DNA of 64,000 bases, from positions 96,001-160,000 of the forward strand of contig CANJVR010000005.1 in NCBI GenBank assembly GCA_947478395.1. Direction: 5' to 3'. A model generated the notes under the pieces. It worked only from the letters and a program-made list of their open reading frames with translations, was not told where the DNA came from and made no database searches. This DNA comes from Opitutia bacterium. Its GTDB lineage: Bacteria; Verrucomicrobiota; Verrucomicrobiia; Opitutales; Opitutaceae. The stretch's first letter is position 1; every line of letters starts with the position of its first letter. The translations under genes were made by a program, and so were the position numbers. Below, one piece after another: positions 8,952-17,609 of the stretch.

Positions 8952-11381
8952 ATGTCGGTCAAAAACCAGTGGAAGCTCCTCGTTGGTGGCTTGGGGGCCC
9001 GCCGCACCCCGGCTTCGCCCGCGCATTCCGCGGCCCGAGATTTCCTCGAGCACAGCCGACTCGTCGCCGTCCTCATCTTCATCGTCACCGTCGCCGCCAT
9101 CGTGCTCATCAGCTCGGCGGGTATGACGACGCTGCATCTGCCGGTACTCCCCGGCCAGACCGCCACGGTCCGGGTGACCGCCGCTGCGCCGTTCAACTAT
9201 ATATCCACGGAAAAAACCCGTGCCGCCCGCGAACAATTTCTCGATCGCGTGCCGCCCATCTACCGTCTCGACGTCGAGGGTTTGCACCAGTTTGAAATTG
9301 CGGCCCGCGATCTGTTAAGCCGCATCGCAGCTTACGAAGCCGCCCGTCCGCCAGGCGCACCGGCAATAAATTTCCCCGCGACCGGCAGTTCGCTCGGGAG
9401 CGTCCGCAGCGATCTGGTTCAGCTTGCCGACGCTTTTAATGCGCAAGGCGCGTATCGCATCAGTCCGGAGGATCTCGCGGCGTTGCTCACGGCCGGCGAC
9501 GCCAAGACCCGCGCCGGTCTGTTCGAAAACGGCCTGGCCGCACTCCGCGAGCTCTATGCCGAGGGCATTCACGATGCCACACTCGGCAAAACCTCCAACG
9601 GTGGGGTCACGGTTTTTCAAATCGAACGACCTAACGGCGAGCTCACAGCGCGGCCGGTGCAGTCCGTCGAAGACGCCCTCACCATCCTGCGGGTCAGTCT
9701 CGCCTCCGACGGCGTGCCCCGCGCCGCCGCGCAAGCGCTCTTTCGTTTTTTCCGCACGGGCTTAGCCCCCAACATTCTCTTCGACCGGGCTGCCACGCAA
9801 CGGCGCGAAGCCGAGGCGGTCCGCGCACTTCAGCCGATCACGGTCTCCGTCATCCGCGGGCAAACGATCATCGAGGCCGGCGAGCGAGTCACGCCCGAGC
9901 AATACGAGATGTTCAATGAGCACCGTCGCTACCTGCTGGAACACGGGGACGCCGAACTGCACGAAGGCCTCGCGCTTTTCGGCCGCGTGCTGCTCGTCCT
10001 CGCGATGGTCCTAGCCTCGCTGATCTACATTCGGCTGGAAGATCCGGAGACCCTGCGCAGCAACGTGCGCTGCGGCCTCCTCGCGTTGGTTGTAATTATC
10101 AACCTCGCACTCGTCCGCGTCGTTTACTCGCTCGGTGGCGCGGAATTTTTCGTACGCGACGGTTCCTGGGCCTCGACCCTGCCTTACGTCGCGCCCACGG
10201 CGCTCGCGCCCCTGATCGTCGCTATCCTGATCGACGCCGGGTCCGCGATTTTCATGGCGCTGCTGATTTCGATTTTCACGGGTGTTATCTACGGCAACCG
10301 ACTCGATCTCCTCGTCCTCACGTTTCTCTCCTCGCTGGTCGCCATCTTTTTCTGCCGCGATGCGAGTCGGCGCGGGCGCGTTGTCCGCGCCGCCGCAGGC
10401 GGCGGTCTCACGGTCGCCGCTTTCGCCGCCCTGATCGCAATCGCGGAACAGACGCCCCTCGATACCCTCGCGCGCCAGATGTCCGCGGGCGTCATCACCG
10501 GCGTCGCCACCGGGATCGCCGTCGTCGGCCTGTTGCCCGTGCTCGAATCATTGTTTAAGCGCACGACCGACATCACCCTGCTCGAGCTGACCGACTACAA
10601 TCACCCGTTGCTCCGCCGCATGCAGCTCGAGGCGCCCGGCACTTATCACCACTCACTCGTCATCGCCCAGCTGGCCGAAAACGCCTGCAGCGCCATCGGC
10701 GCAAATCCGCTCCTCGCCCGCGTGTGCGCCCTTTTCCATGACATCGGCAAGACCGCGCATCCGTCGTTTTTCACCGAAAACCAGCGCGATCGCGTCAATC
10801 CGCACGACGAACTCACGCCCACCGCATCCGCGCAAATCATCAAGCGCCACGTCACGGACGGACTCGAACTGGCCGCGCGTCACCGTCTGCCGCGCGCCGT
10901 GCTCGACGTGATCCGCCAGCATCACGGCACCACGCTGGTCCGTTATTTTTATGCGCAAGCGCTGAGCCAATCGCAGGTGCCCTTCCCTCCGCTCACGCCG
11001 GTCCAGGGCCCACCGACCGTCACGCCCACCGCATCCCGGCCGGTGACGGTCGCCGATGCCCCATTTCGCTACGACGGTCCCACGCCGCAGTTCAAAGAAA
11101 GTGCGGTCATCTCGCTGGCCGACGGGATCGAAGCGGCCACGCGCTCCCTCCGCTCCACCACCAGCGCGCAACTCACGCAGCTGATCGAGCGCATCGTGCA
11201 GGAACGCATCAGCGAGGGCCAACTGGATCACGCCCCCCTGACTTTCGAGGATATCGCCAAGATAAAAAATAGCTTCCAATTCACCTTGCTGAATATGCTG
11301 CACGCCCGTGTCGCCTATCCCTCCGGCGTTGGCGGCGGGCCGGCGATTGAGTCCGCCGACAAAAAATTCGATGTCCGTTAA
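8952..11381 (+). CDS. 7TM-HD membrane phosphohydrolase (PgpH/YqfF-like, candidate c-di-AMP phosphodiesterase)
   Basis: Extracytoplasmic domain, 7 TM helices, then HPLL...APGTYHHS, HDIGK, F.ENQ, NPHD, HHGT, LADGIEAA.RSL; conserved phoH-HD-ybeY order. Confidence 0.88.
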   Translation: MSVKNQWKLLVGGLGARRTPASPAHSAARDFLEHSRLVAVLIFIVTVAAIVLISSAGMTTLHLPVLPGQTATVRVTAAAPFNYISTEKTRAAREQFLDRVPPIYRLDVEGLHQFEIAARDLLSRIAAYEAARPPGAPAINFPATGSSLGSVRSDLVQLADAFNAQGAYRISPEDLAALLTAGDAKTRAGLFENGLAALRELYAEGIHDATLGKTSNGGVTVFQIERPNGELTARPVQSVEDALTILRVSLASDGVPRAAAQALFRFFRTGLAPNILFDRAATQRREAEAVRALQPITVSVIRGQTIIEAGERVTPEQYEMFNEHRRYLLEHGDAELHEGLALFGRVLLVLAMVLASLIYIRLEDPETLRSNVRCGLLALVVIINLALVRVVYSLGGAEFFVRDGSWASTLPYVAPTALAPLIVAILIDAGSAIFMALLISIFTGVIYGNRLDLLVLTFLSSLVAIFFCRDASRRGRVVRAAAGGGLTVAAFAALIAIAEQTPLDTLARQMSAGVITGVATGIAVVGLLPVLESLFKRTTDITLLELTDYNHPLLRRMQLEAPGTYHHSLVIAQLAENACSAIGANPLLARVCALFHDIGKTAHPSFFTENQRDRVNPHDELTPTASAQIIKRHVTDGLELAARHRLPRAVLDVIRQHHGTTLVRYFYAQALSQSQVPFPPLTPVQGPPTVTPTASRPVTVADAPFRYDGPTPQFKESAVISLADGIEAATRSLRSTTSAQLTQLIERIVQERISEGQLDHAPLTFEDIAKIKNSFQFTLLNMLHARVAYPSGVGGGPAIESADKKFDVR

Positions 11382-11985
11382 ACCCCGCGCGTCCAATCAT
11401 CGGCCGCGTAAGGCCGCCGTAATCGGCGCCGGCTTGTCCCGGCGTCCCAAAGAGCGCGCGCGACCTGTCGCCATCGCTAATCATCACCCGCGCTTGCGGA
11501 TGGACCGTCGCGCCCTGCTCGCCGCCATCGCGACGCTCGATACGGATTTCAATTCGTCCGCCGGCCCCGCCTCGAGACCTGGACCGCGAAACCCGAACCG
11601 GGTACGCCCCACCGCGCCGCCGGCCGGCGAGCTTTCAATCGTTTTCCTGACCGACCAGGCCCTCGCTCAACTCCACGCTCAATTCCTCGCCGATCCCTCG
11701 ACCACCGACGTGATCACCTTCGAGGGCGATCCAACCCTCGGCGTCGCAGGCGAAATCTGCGTCTCCGTCGACACCGCGGTCGCCTACGCCAAGACGAACC
11801 GGCATGATTTCTCGCGTGAACTTCTGCTCTACGTCGTGCACGGCTGGTTGCATCTTGCCGGCTACGACGATCTCCAGCCCGCGCTCAAACGCGTGATGCG
11901 CCGGGCCGAAAAACGCGCCCTCGCCCTGCTGGCGAAAACCAATCTGCCGGAAATTTTTTCGCTCAAAGACCCGGCCGCGCGCTAG
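11371..11985 (+). CDS. ybeY: rRNA maturation endoribonuclease YbeY
   Basis: TDVITF, GEI.VS, HGWLHLAGYDD; ATG at 11371 overlaps the end of the HD gene. Confidence 0.88.
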   Translation: MSVKPRASNHRPRKAAVIGAGLSRRPKERARPVAIANHHPRLRMDRRALLAAIATLDTDFNSSAGPASRPGPRNPNRVRPTAPPAGELSIVFLTDQALAQLHAQFLADPSTTDVITFEGDPTLGVAGEICVSVDTAVAYAKTNRHDFSRELLLYVVHGWLHLAGYDDLQPALKRVMRRAEKRALALLAKTNLPEIFSLKDPAAR

Positions 11986-12144
11986 GTCCGAAGTTGGGGC
12001 GAATTAAAGCTAACGCACCCCACTACTTTTCAAACGTCATCTTCGGCTCGCGCTTTTTATGCCCAGACTTCGCGCGCTGGATTGCGCCGCGTTATTTGAC
12101 TTTTTCCGTGCATCGCCGCCCCGCCGGCGGCTAACTCTCGCGCG

Positions 12145-12795
12145 ATGTCCGAACTTCCCGTACGAGAGTCCCGCCTCATCACTTTCCGCAACGCCTTCAT
12201 CTCGGGCGCGCTGCTGCTCGCGCCGTTGATCGTCACGGTCTGGGCATTCACCCAGATTATTGCCCTGGTCGGCGGAACCGTGCGTCCGCTGTTTTTCGAC
12301 CGCCTGCCCGCGGCGTTGCGCGACCTGCCCTTCCTCCTGGACGTAGTAAGCACGGTCATCGTCATCCTCTTCGTCACGCTGCTCGGCTACATCTCGCGGT
12401 ACGTCTTCGGCAAATACTTCGTCAGCATTGGCGAGCGCTTCATGCTCAGCATTCCGGGGATCAGCGCGGTGTACAACACCGTCAAACAAATCGTCGATAC
12501 GTTTGGCACCCAGAATCGGAATCTTTTCAACCAAGTCGTCCTCGTCCAATTTCCGCGGCCGGGCGTGTGGACCATCGGTTTCCTCACCAACAAAATCCAA
12601 GGCGAGGCGCAGACCAAAGCCACCGGCGAAACGTGGACGGTCTTCGTGCCCACCACACCTAATCCCACCAGCGGATTCCTGCTGCTGCTTCCACGCGGGG
12701 AGATCGTCGAACTCGACATGACGGTCGGTGAAGGCATGAAAATGATCATTTCCGGTGGTGCCGTCGTGCCGCCGTGGCCCGCGGTCAGAAGTTAG
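12145..12795 (+). CDS. DUF502 family membrane protein
   Basis: Two TM segments; IPG.S.VY...KQ, VLVQFPR.G, VFVPTTPNPTSGF, GMKMIISGG. Confidence 0.9.
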   Translation: MSELPVRESRLITFRNAFISGALLLAPLIVTVWAFTQIIALVGGTVRPLFFDRLPAALRDLPFLLDVVSTVIVILFVTLLGYISRYVFGKYFVSIGERFMLSIPGISAVYNTVKQIVDTFGTQNRNLFNQVVLVQFPRPGVWTIGFLTNKIQGEAQTKATGETWTVFVPTTPNPTSGFLLLLPRGEIVELDMTVGEGMKMIISGGAVVPPWPAVRS

Positions 12796-12918
12796 AGCGA
12801 GTAGCCAGAGGCCCGATCTGGTCCCCGTCGCAACCATTCCCCGCTCGTCCATTTCTGATATTTGGAAGAAACCGCTCCGGCCTCCGGCCGCTTTCCCGAG
12901 CTCTTTCCCGCGATCCCG

Positions 12919-13545
12919 ATGCCCGGTCAAACGCTGCTTACCGACGCTTTCGTCCTATCGAAACGTCCGCCGGCGGATTCGTTTCAAACTTTCACCTTGT
13001 TCGCGGAGAATCACGGCCTGCTGCTCGCGCTCCAGCGGATTCCCAAAAAAACCGCGGCGAACCACCTGACGCTCGATCTGTTCGATGAAGTCTCCGTTGC
13101 GCTTGAAACATCGAACCAGGGTTCCTCGTGGTTCATCAAGGAAGCGCGCCTCCTGAGCCGTCCGGCGAATATCGGGCGCAGTTACGAAACGTTGCAGCTC
13201 GCTTCCGCCTTCGCGGCGCTGATCGTGCGCAATCCCGTGCACGAGGATAGCCGCGGGCCCGTCGCAGGCTTGCTGCGCACGGCGTTCACGGCGTTCGCAG
13301 CGTCTCCGCGCCCCGACATCGTCTATTTCAAAAGCCTCTATTGCTTCGCCCGCGATGAAGGCTATCCGGTGAAACAGCAGTGGCTCGCCACGCTTCCGGC
13401 CGATCTTCAGGCGGAAGCCGATCGTCTGCTCCGCACCCCCCTCGCCGCTTTGGCAGCGCCCGAGATGAAAAACGCAAAAGCCGAAGCCCTGGCTCACCGC
13501 CTCGAAGCGTACCTGCGCAGCCACACCGAAATCCTAATCGGCTAA
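12919..13545 (+). CDS. recO: RecO-like DNA repair protein (short form, no zinc finger)
   Basis: N-terminal OB-fold-like segment (AFVL.KR, TLF..HGL, LDLF) plus helical domain; position downstream of ybeY. Confidence 0.6.
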   Translation: MPGQTLLTDAFVLSKRPPADSFQTFTLFAENHGLLLALQRIPKKTAANHLTLDLFDEVSVALETSNQGSSWFIKEARLLSRPANIGRSYETLQLASAFAALIVRNPVHEDSRGPVAGLLRTAFTAFAASPRPDIVYFKSLYCFARDEGYPVKQQWLATLPADLQAEADRLLRTPLAALAAPEMKNAKAEALAHRLEAYLRSHTEILIG

Positions 13546-13618
13546 AACCTCGCGCCCGCCTTGCGTCGGCCCGGCATCCCGTTCTTCCTCTTCCCACGCC
13601 TGCGGTTTTTTCTTCCTC

Positions 13619-14359
13619 GTGCCCACCGCCTCAAACTCCGCCCCTCCCGGCACATTCCGTCGTCTCGGCGCCGCCGGGCCTGTGGCGATCGTGCTCTCGT
13701 TCTGGCCTCCCGTCGGTGGACTGCTTTTGCTCACCACCCTGACCACGCTGGGGCCTTGGCTGCGCGACCACGCGGCGCTCGGGCTCGCGATTTATTTTAT
13801 TTTTGCGGGCGTGCTCGTGGGCTTTTCATTTCTACCCACGTTTTCGTGCGCCATCCTCGCCGGCTGGGCTTTCGGTTTCACCGTGGGCTGGTCGATTGCG
13901 ATGATCACGCTCACCGCGGCCTCGCTGCTCGCCTACGCGCTCGGGCGCTGGATCGCCGGCGACCGGGTGATGGCAGTAATCAAAGATAAACCAGCGTGGC
14001 AGGCCATTCACAGCGCGCTGCTCGGAAGCGAGTCGGGGCGCACGCTCTGGGTCGTGACGCTGCTGCGCATTCCGCCGGCCTCGCCGTTCGCCATCGCCAA
14101 CTTCGCGCTCGCGGCGGCGCGCGTGTCGCTCTGGGACTACACCCTCGGCACGTTTATCGGTATCGCACCACGCACCGCGGCCGCGGCATTCGCCGCCGCG
14201 AGCCTCGAACAACTGCGCTTCAAAGATGTTTCTGAACGTTGGATGGTGATCGCAGGCATTGTCGCGACGGTGATCGTTTGCGTGGTGCTCGGCATCCTTT
14301 CCAATCGGGCCCTCCGACAAATGAGCGCCGGAAACGGGTCGGCCGGAAAAACAGTTTAA
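13619..14359 (+). CDS. DedA/VTT (TVP38/TMEM64) family membrane protein
   Basis: LP......AGWAFG, LAY.LGR, LLRIPP.SPF...NF, YTLGT.IG..P. Confidence 0.88.
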   Translation: MPTASNSAPPGTFRRLGAAGPVAIVLSFWPPVGGLLLLTTLTTLGPWLRDHAALGLAIYFIFAGVLVGFSFLPTFSCAILAGWAFGFTVGWSIAMITLTAASLLAYALGRWIAGDRVMAVIKDKPAWQAIHSALLGSESGRTLWVVTLLRIPPASPFAIANFALAAARVSLWDYTLGTFIGIAPRTAAAAFAAASLEQLRFKDVSERWMVIAGIVATVIVCVVLGILSNRALRQMSAGNGSAGKTV

Positions 14360-14401
14360 GGTCAGCACCCATCGAGCCAGTTCGCTCGCGCGCGCGCTAG
14401 C

Positions 14402-14540
14402 CCAACGCAGATTGATTTTTCCGCGGTCGTTTTCTGGAGCGCAAGCGAGTCTGCCTGCCGGGTACGGCGCCCGCGTTTTGGCCGGCAGGAACGCCTGCCG
14501 CTACTTCGTTTGCCGGGACACATTAGGTTATACCGCTCTG
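14402..14540 (-). mobile_element. ~140-bp MITE-like element, degenerate copy E
   Basis: Internal ...gtctgcctgccgg ... ccggcaggaacgcctgccgctac and right end ggttataccgctctg; left end eroded, so start is approximate. Confidence 0.65.
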
Positions 14541-14625
14541 AGGTGATTAAATCGGAGGACGTTTCCGCGCCGTCGCACGATTTCGGTTTTCCTTTCGTTG
14601 ATTCCGCGTGTTCCGTGAGCGCTTC

Positions 14626-17238
14626 ATGGAATTTTCCCTCGATGCCCGCACGGCCAGTTTGAGCGTCGGGGAGTTTTCCGGCTTCACGCTTGGCCCGCAC
14701 GATACGGGCGACAGCGGCATGCAGGGAGTCTGGCGCGCGCAACTGGGCACTTACTGGCACCAGCAACTTCGCGCGCAGGCCACCGCCGAATTCGCCGCGG
14801 CGGCGGCGTTCGAAGTCGCGATCAACGGCGCGGTTTTCCATCGGGGCTGGACCATCGCGCTGACCGGTCGCATCGACCAAATTCTGCGCACCGCACCTTC
14901 TGCCGAGTGTAAAGTGGTACGTGACACTCAGCCGGAGCCGGAAGTCGTCACACTGCGAGAAATCAAGACCGTGACGCGGCCCCTGCCAGCTGATGAAACT
15001 GAACTGCGTCGCGACTATCCGTCGTATTTTGCGCAGCTCGCCACCTATGCGGTACTGTATCGACTGACCCCGCCCGCCGAGAAAAACAATCTAACCCGGG
15101 CTGAAACGGCCGCGCTAAACCAGCCGCGCCTGAAGACGGAATTGATCTTCGTCGAAGTTGGATCCGGTCTGGCGCAAACCCTCGCACTCACCCCCGCCGA
15201 TGACGCCATTTTTCGCGTCCAGCTCGAGCGCGTCGCCGAATTTCTCGAGCTGCGATTGCGGGCGCGCGAACGGCTGCGTCACTTGCGCTTCAACCCGGCC
15301 TTCGCCGCGCCCCGACCCGGTCAGGAGAGCACCACGACGGAACTCACCGCCGCATTCGAGCGCCATCCCTCAGTTCTTTTTGAGGCTCCAACGGGTTTCG
15401 GCAAAACCGGCGTCCTGCTCGAGTTCGCGCTGAATCAACTGAGCTCGGGACATTTCGATCGCGCACTCTATCTTACGAGCAAGGCGACGGGACAGCTCCA
15501 AGTCGTTCGCACGCTCGGCAACATGACGGCCAGGACCTCCGGCGCCGTTGAGAGTGGAAAGTTAAAAGTTGCTGAACCGGTCCCTGCAAATCGCCCGAGT
15601 CCGGCCAACTCAAAACTAGAAACCGAAAACTCGAAACCGACGGCGACTTCCGTGGCCATCTGGCACGTGCGCAACAAAGCCGAGCACTGCGTCAATACCG
15701 TGTTCAATTGTCACCGCGACGCTTGCGGCTATCTCGCCGATCTCGAAGCGCGCTGGCCCGCGAGTGGTCTCGCGCGGTTTTATCTGCTCGAAAACGAAGC
15801 CCGCGATTTGCCTTCGCTGCGGGCCGCGGGCCGGGCTACGCGGATTTGTCCTTACGAAATCACCCGCGCGGCCCTCGCGTTCAACGACGTTTGGATCGGC
15901 GACTACAACTACGCCTTCGCTCCGGCCAATCGCACGCTCTTCTACAACCAACCGGGCTTCGAGCCCGCGCGCACGCTCCTCCTCGTCGACGAAGCGCACA
16001 ATCTGCCCGCCCGCGTGGCCGACGCCCACTCGCACACGGCCCGGGCCGCGGACGCCCACGCGCTGCTGGCGGAACTCGATCATCTCCGCGCCCCGACGTC
16101 TTTGCTGAAACCCTGGGAAAGCTGGACCCGCCTGCTCGCTGCGCTGCCCGCCTCCGATGCCCTCGATCCCGCCTTGGAAGCGGATGTGGCCGATACGCTC
16201 GCGCAACTTAACGCCGCGCTTTCCACCACGCCGCTCGATACATCGTCGCTGCCGCCCGCGCTGGCCGCGCTGCTCTGGCAAATGCCGGCGCTCAACGATT
16301 TGATGGCCAATCCACTGCTCAAAAAATTGCTGTGGTGCCCACGCGCCGCCGAGCTCGCCTTCACCTGTCTCGATGCCGCCGACGCGATCGGCGAAACGTT
16401 GCGCACTTACGGTGGCGTCGTGCTCGCGAGCGCCACGCTTAGTCCCACCACCGAGTTCACAGAATCAATCGGACTCGCTGCATCCGAACCCGAAATTCGG
16501 AACTCAAAACTCGAAACCACGGCGACCCCGACCCCGGCCGCGGCCGGGCCGGTGCTGGTCCGCGCCGCGACGCCGTGGCGCGAGGGCGTATACGACATCG
16601 CTTACGATTTGCGCGTCGACACGCGTTTCGCGCAACGCGCGCGCCACCACGCCACCACCGCTACGACCATCGCCGCGCTGCACGCGAGTGCCCGTCGCGT
16701 GCAGGCTGCGACATCGTGCGTCGCGGTTTTTTTCCCAAGCTACGCGTACGCCGAGATTATCGCGCGCGAGTTAGACCGCTCTCATCCGGGAGTACGCGCG
16801 GCGCTTCAGCCGCGGCTAAGCGACTTGGCGGCCCAGACCGCGTGGGTCGAGGAATCGCTCGCGTTGACGGATGCGCTGTTTCTCGTGCTCGGCTCAAGTT
16901 TTGCCGAGAGCATCGACCTGCTCGGCGGCCGGGTGACGCATGCGATGGTTGTCGGCCCCGCACTCCCAGAGGTCAACGCCGTGCAACGCGCGCGCCTCGC
17001 CGAATTTTCGGCCCTCGGACGCGAAGCGGCTTTTCGTCGCGTCTACCAGATTCCCGGAATGAACAAAGTGAACCAAGCCCTCGGCCGCCTCGTGCGCGCT
17101 CCGGGCCAGCGGGCGCGCGTCGTGCTGCATTGCTCGCGCTTCGGCGAACTCAGCTACGCCGAGCTGCTCGCCCACGATTATCAGTTTGGCCAGAACGTCA
17201 CCACCGACGCTGAACTGGCGGCGTGGCTGGAGAGGTAG
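14626..17238 (+). CDS. DinG/XPD-family Fe-S helicase with N-terminal PD-(D/E)xK nuclease domain
   Basis: Nuclease motifs H...GRID...EIKT...Q..TY; Walker A APTGFGKT; Fe-S cysteines HC......C....C and CPYE; DYNY, DEAHNL, SATL, FFPSY, NQALGRLVR. Confidence 0.88.
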   Translation: MEFSLDARTASLSVGEFSGFTLGPHDTGDSGMQGVWRAQLGTYWHQQLRAQATAEFAAAAAFEVAINGAVFHRGWTIALTGRIDQILRTAPSAECKVVRDTQPEPEVVTLREIKTVTRPLPADETELRRDYPSYFAQLATYAVLYRLTPPAEKNNLTRAETAALNQPRLKTELIFVEVGSGLAQTLALTPADDAIFRVQLERVAEFLELRLRARERLRHLRFNPAFAAPRPGQESTTTELTAAFERHPSVLFEAPTGFGKTGVLLEFALNQLSSGHFDRALYLTSKATGQLQVVRTLGNMTARTSGAVESGKLKVAEPVPANRPSPANSKLETENSKPTATSVAIWHVRNKAEHCVNTVFNCHRDACGYLADLEARWPASGLARFYLLENEARDLPSLRAAGRATRICPYEITRAALAFNDVWIGDYNYAFAPANRTLFYNQPGFEPARTLLLVDEAHNLPARVADAHSHTARAADAHALLAELDHLRAPTSLLKPWESWTRLLAALPASDALDPALEADVADTLAQLNAALSTTPLDTSSLPPALAALLWQMPALNDLMANPLLKKLLWCPRAAELAFTCLDAADAIGETLRTYGGVVLASATLSPTTEFTESIGLAASEPEIRNSKLETTATPTPAAAGPVLVRAATPWREGVYDIAYDLRVDTRFAQRARHHATTATTIAALHASARRVQAATSCVAVFFPSYAYAEIIARELDRSHPGVRAALQPRLSDLAAQTAWVEESLALTDALFLVLGSSFAESIDLLGGRVTHAMVVGPALPEVNAVQRARLAEFSALGREAAFRRVYQIPGMNKVNQALGRLVRAPGQRARVVLHCSRFGELSYAELLAHDYQFGQNVTTDAELAAWLER

Positions 17239-17261
17239 AGTGCGTTATCCTTAAAGCGCCG
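17235..17261 (+). repeat. Degenerate REP1 copy overlapping the helicase stop codon
   Basis: gtagagtgcgttatccttaaagcgccg, 3 mismatches to REP1; its TAG (17236-17238) is the stop codon. Confidence 0.75.
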
Positions 17262-17339
17262 GTCTGGCATTCATCCCGTACGAGCTGGTCTGGCGGGGTT
17301 GGTCGTTCAGTTATCCCTCCGCGGATTTTTTTCGCCGCC

Positions 17340-17574
17340 GCCCGTCACGATGCCCCGCGCCGCCGCCGTGTCCATCAGCCGCAACGACAACTTGGCGGGC
17401 GATTCAAACCTCATTGCGACTAGCAATGCGATGGGCGCGTTTGCTTTTCTGTCGGCCAGCAGCCTCGACGCTGCACGCGACCATAAGGGATCCGAGAATG
17501 GTCATGCGGTGAAGGTCCCCAGCGCGGGGTCGACGACCGGCGTGGCGCTCGTGGAACTTTACCAATTGCCGTAA
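17340..17574 (+). pseudogene. Remnant 3' end of a secreted protein (only the C-terminal repeat domain survives)
   Basis: ISRNDNLAGDSNLIATSNAMGAFAFLSASSLDAA...TGVALVELYQLP* matches the ends of the next two genes (NDNWGG...VGAF...DA...TGVALIEIYEVP*); no N-terminal part; start approximate. Confidence 0.7.
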
Positions 17575-17609
17575 CCGATTTGGGCCAGCAACGTCATCGA
17601 CGCCGCGTC

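Noticed and set aside
14626..17238. Type IV CRISPR CasDinG or Cas4 assignment
   Set aside because: No cas genes or array nearby; housekeeping context
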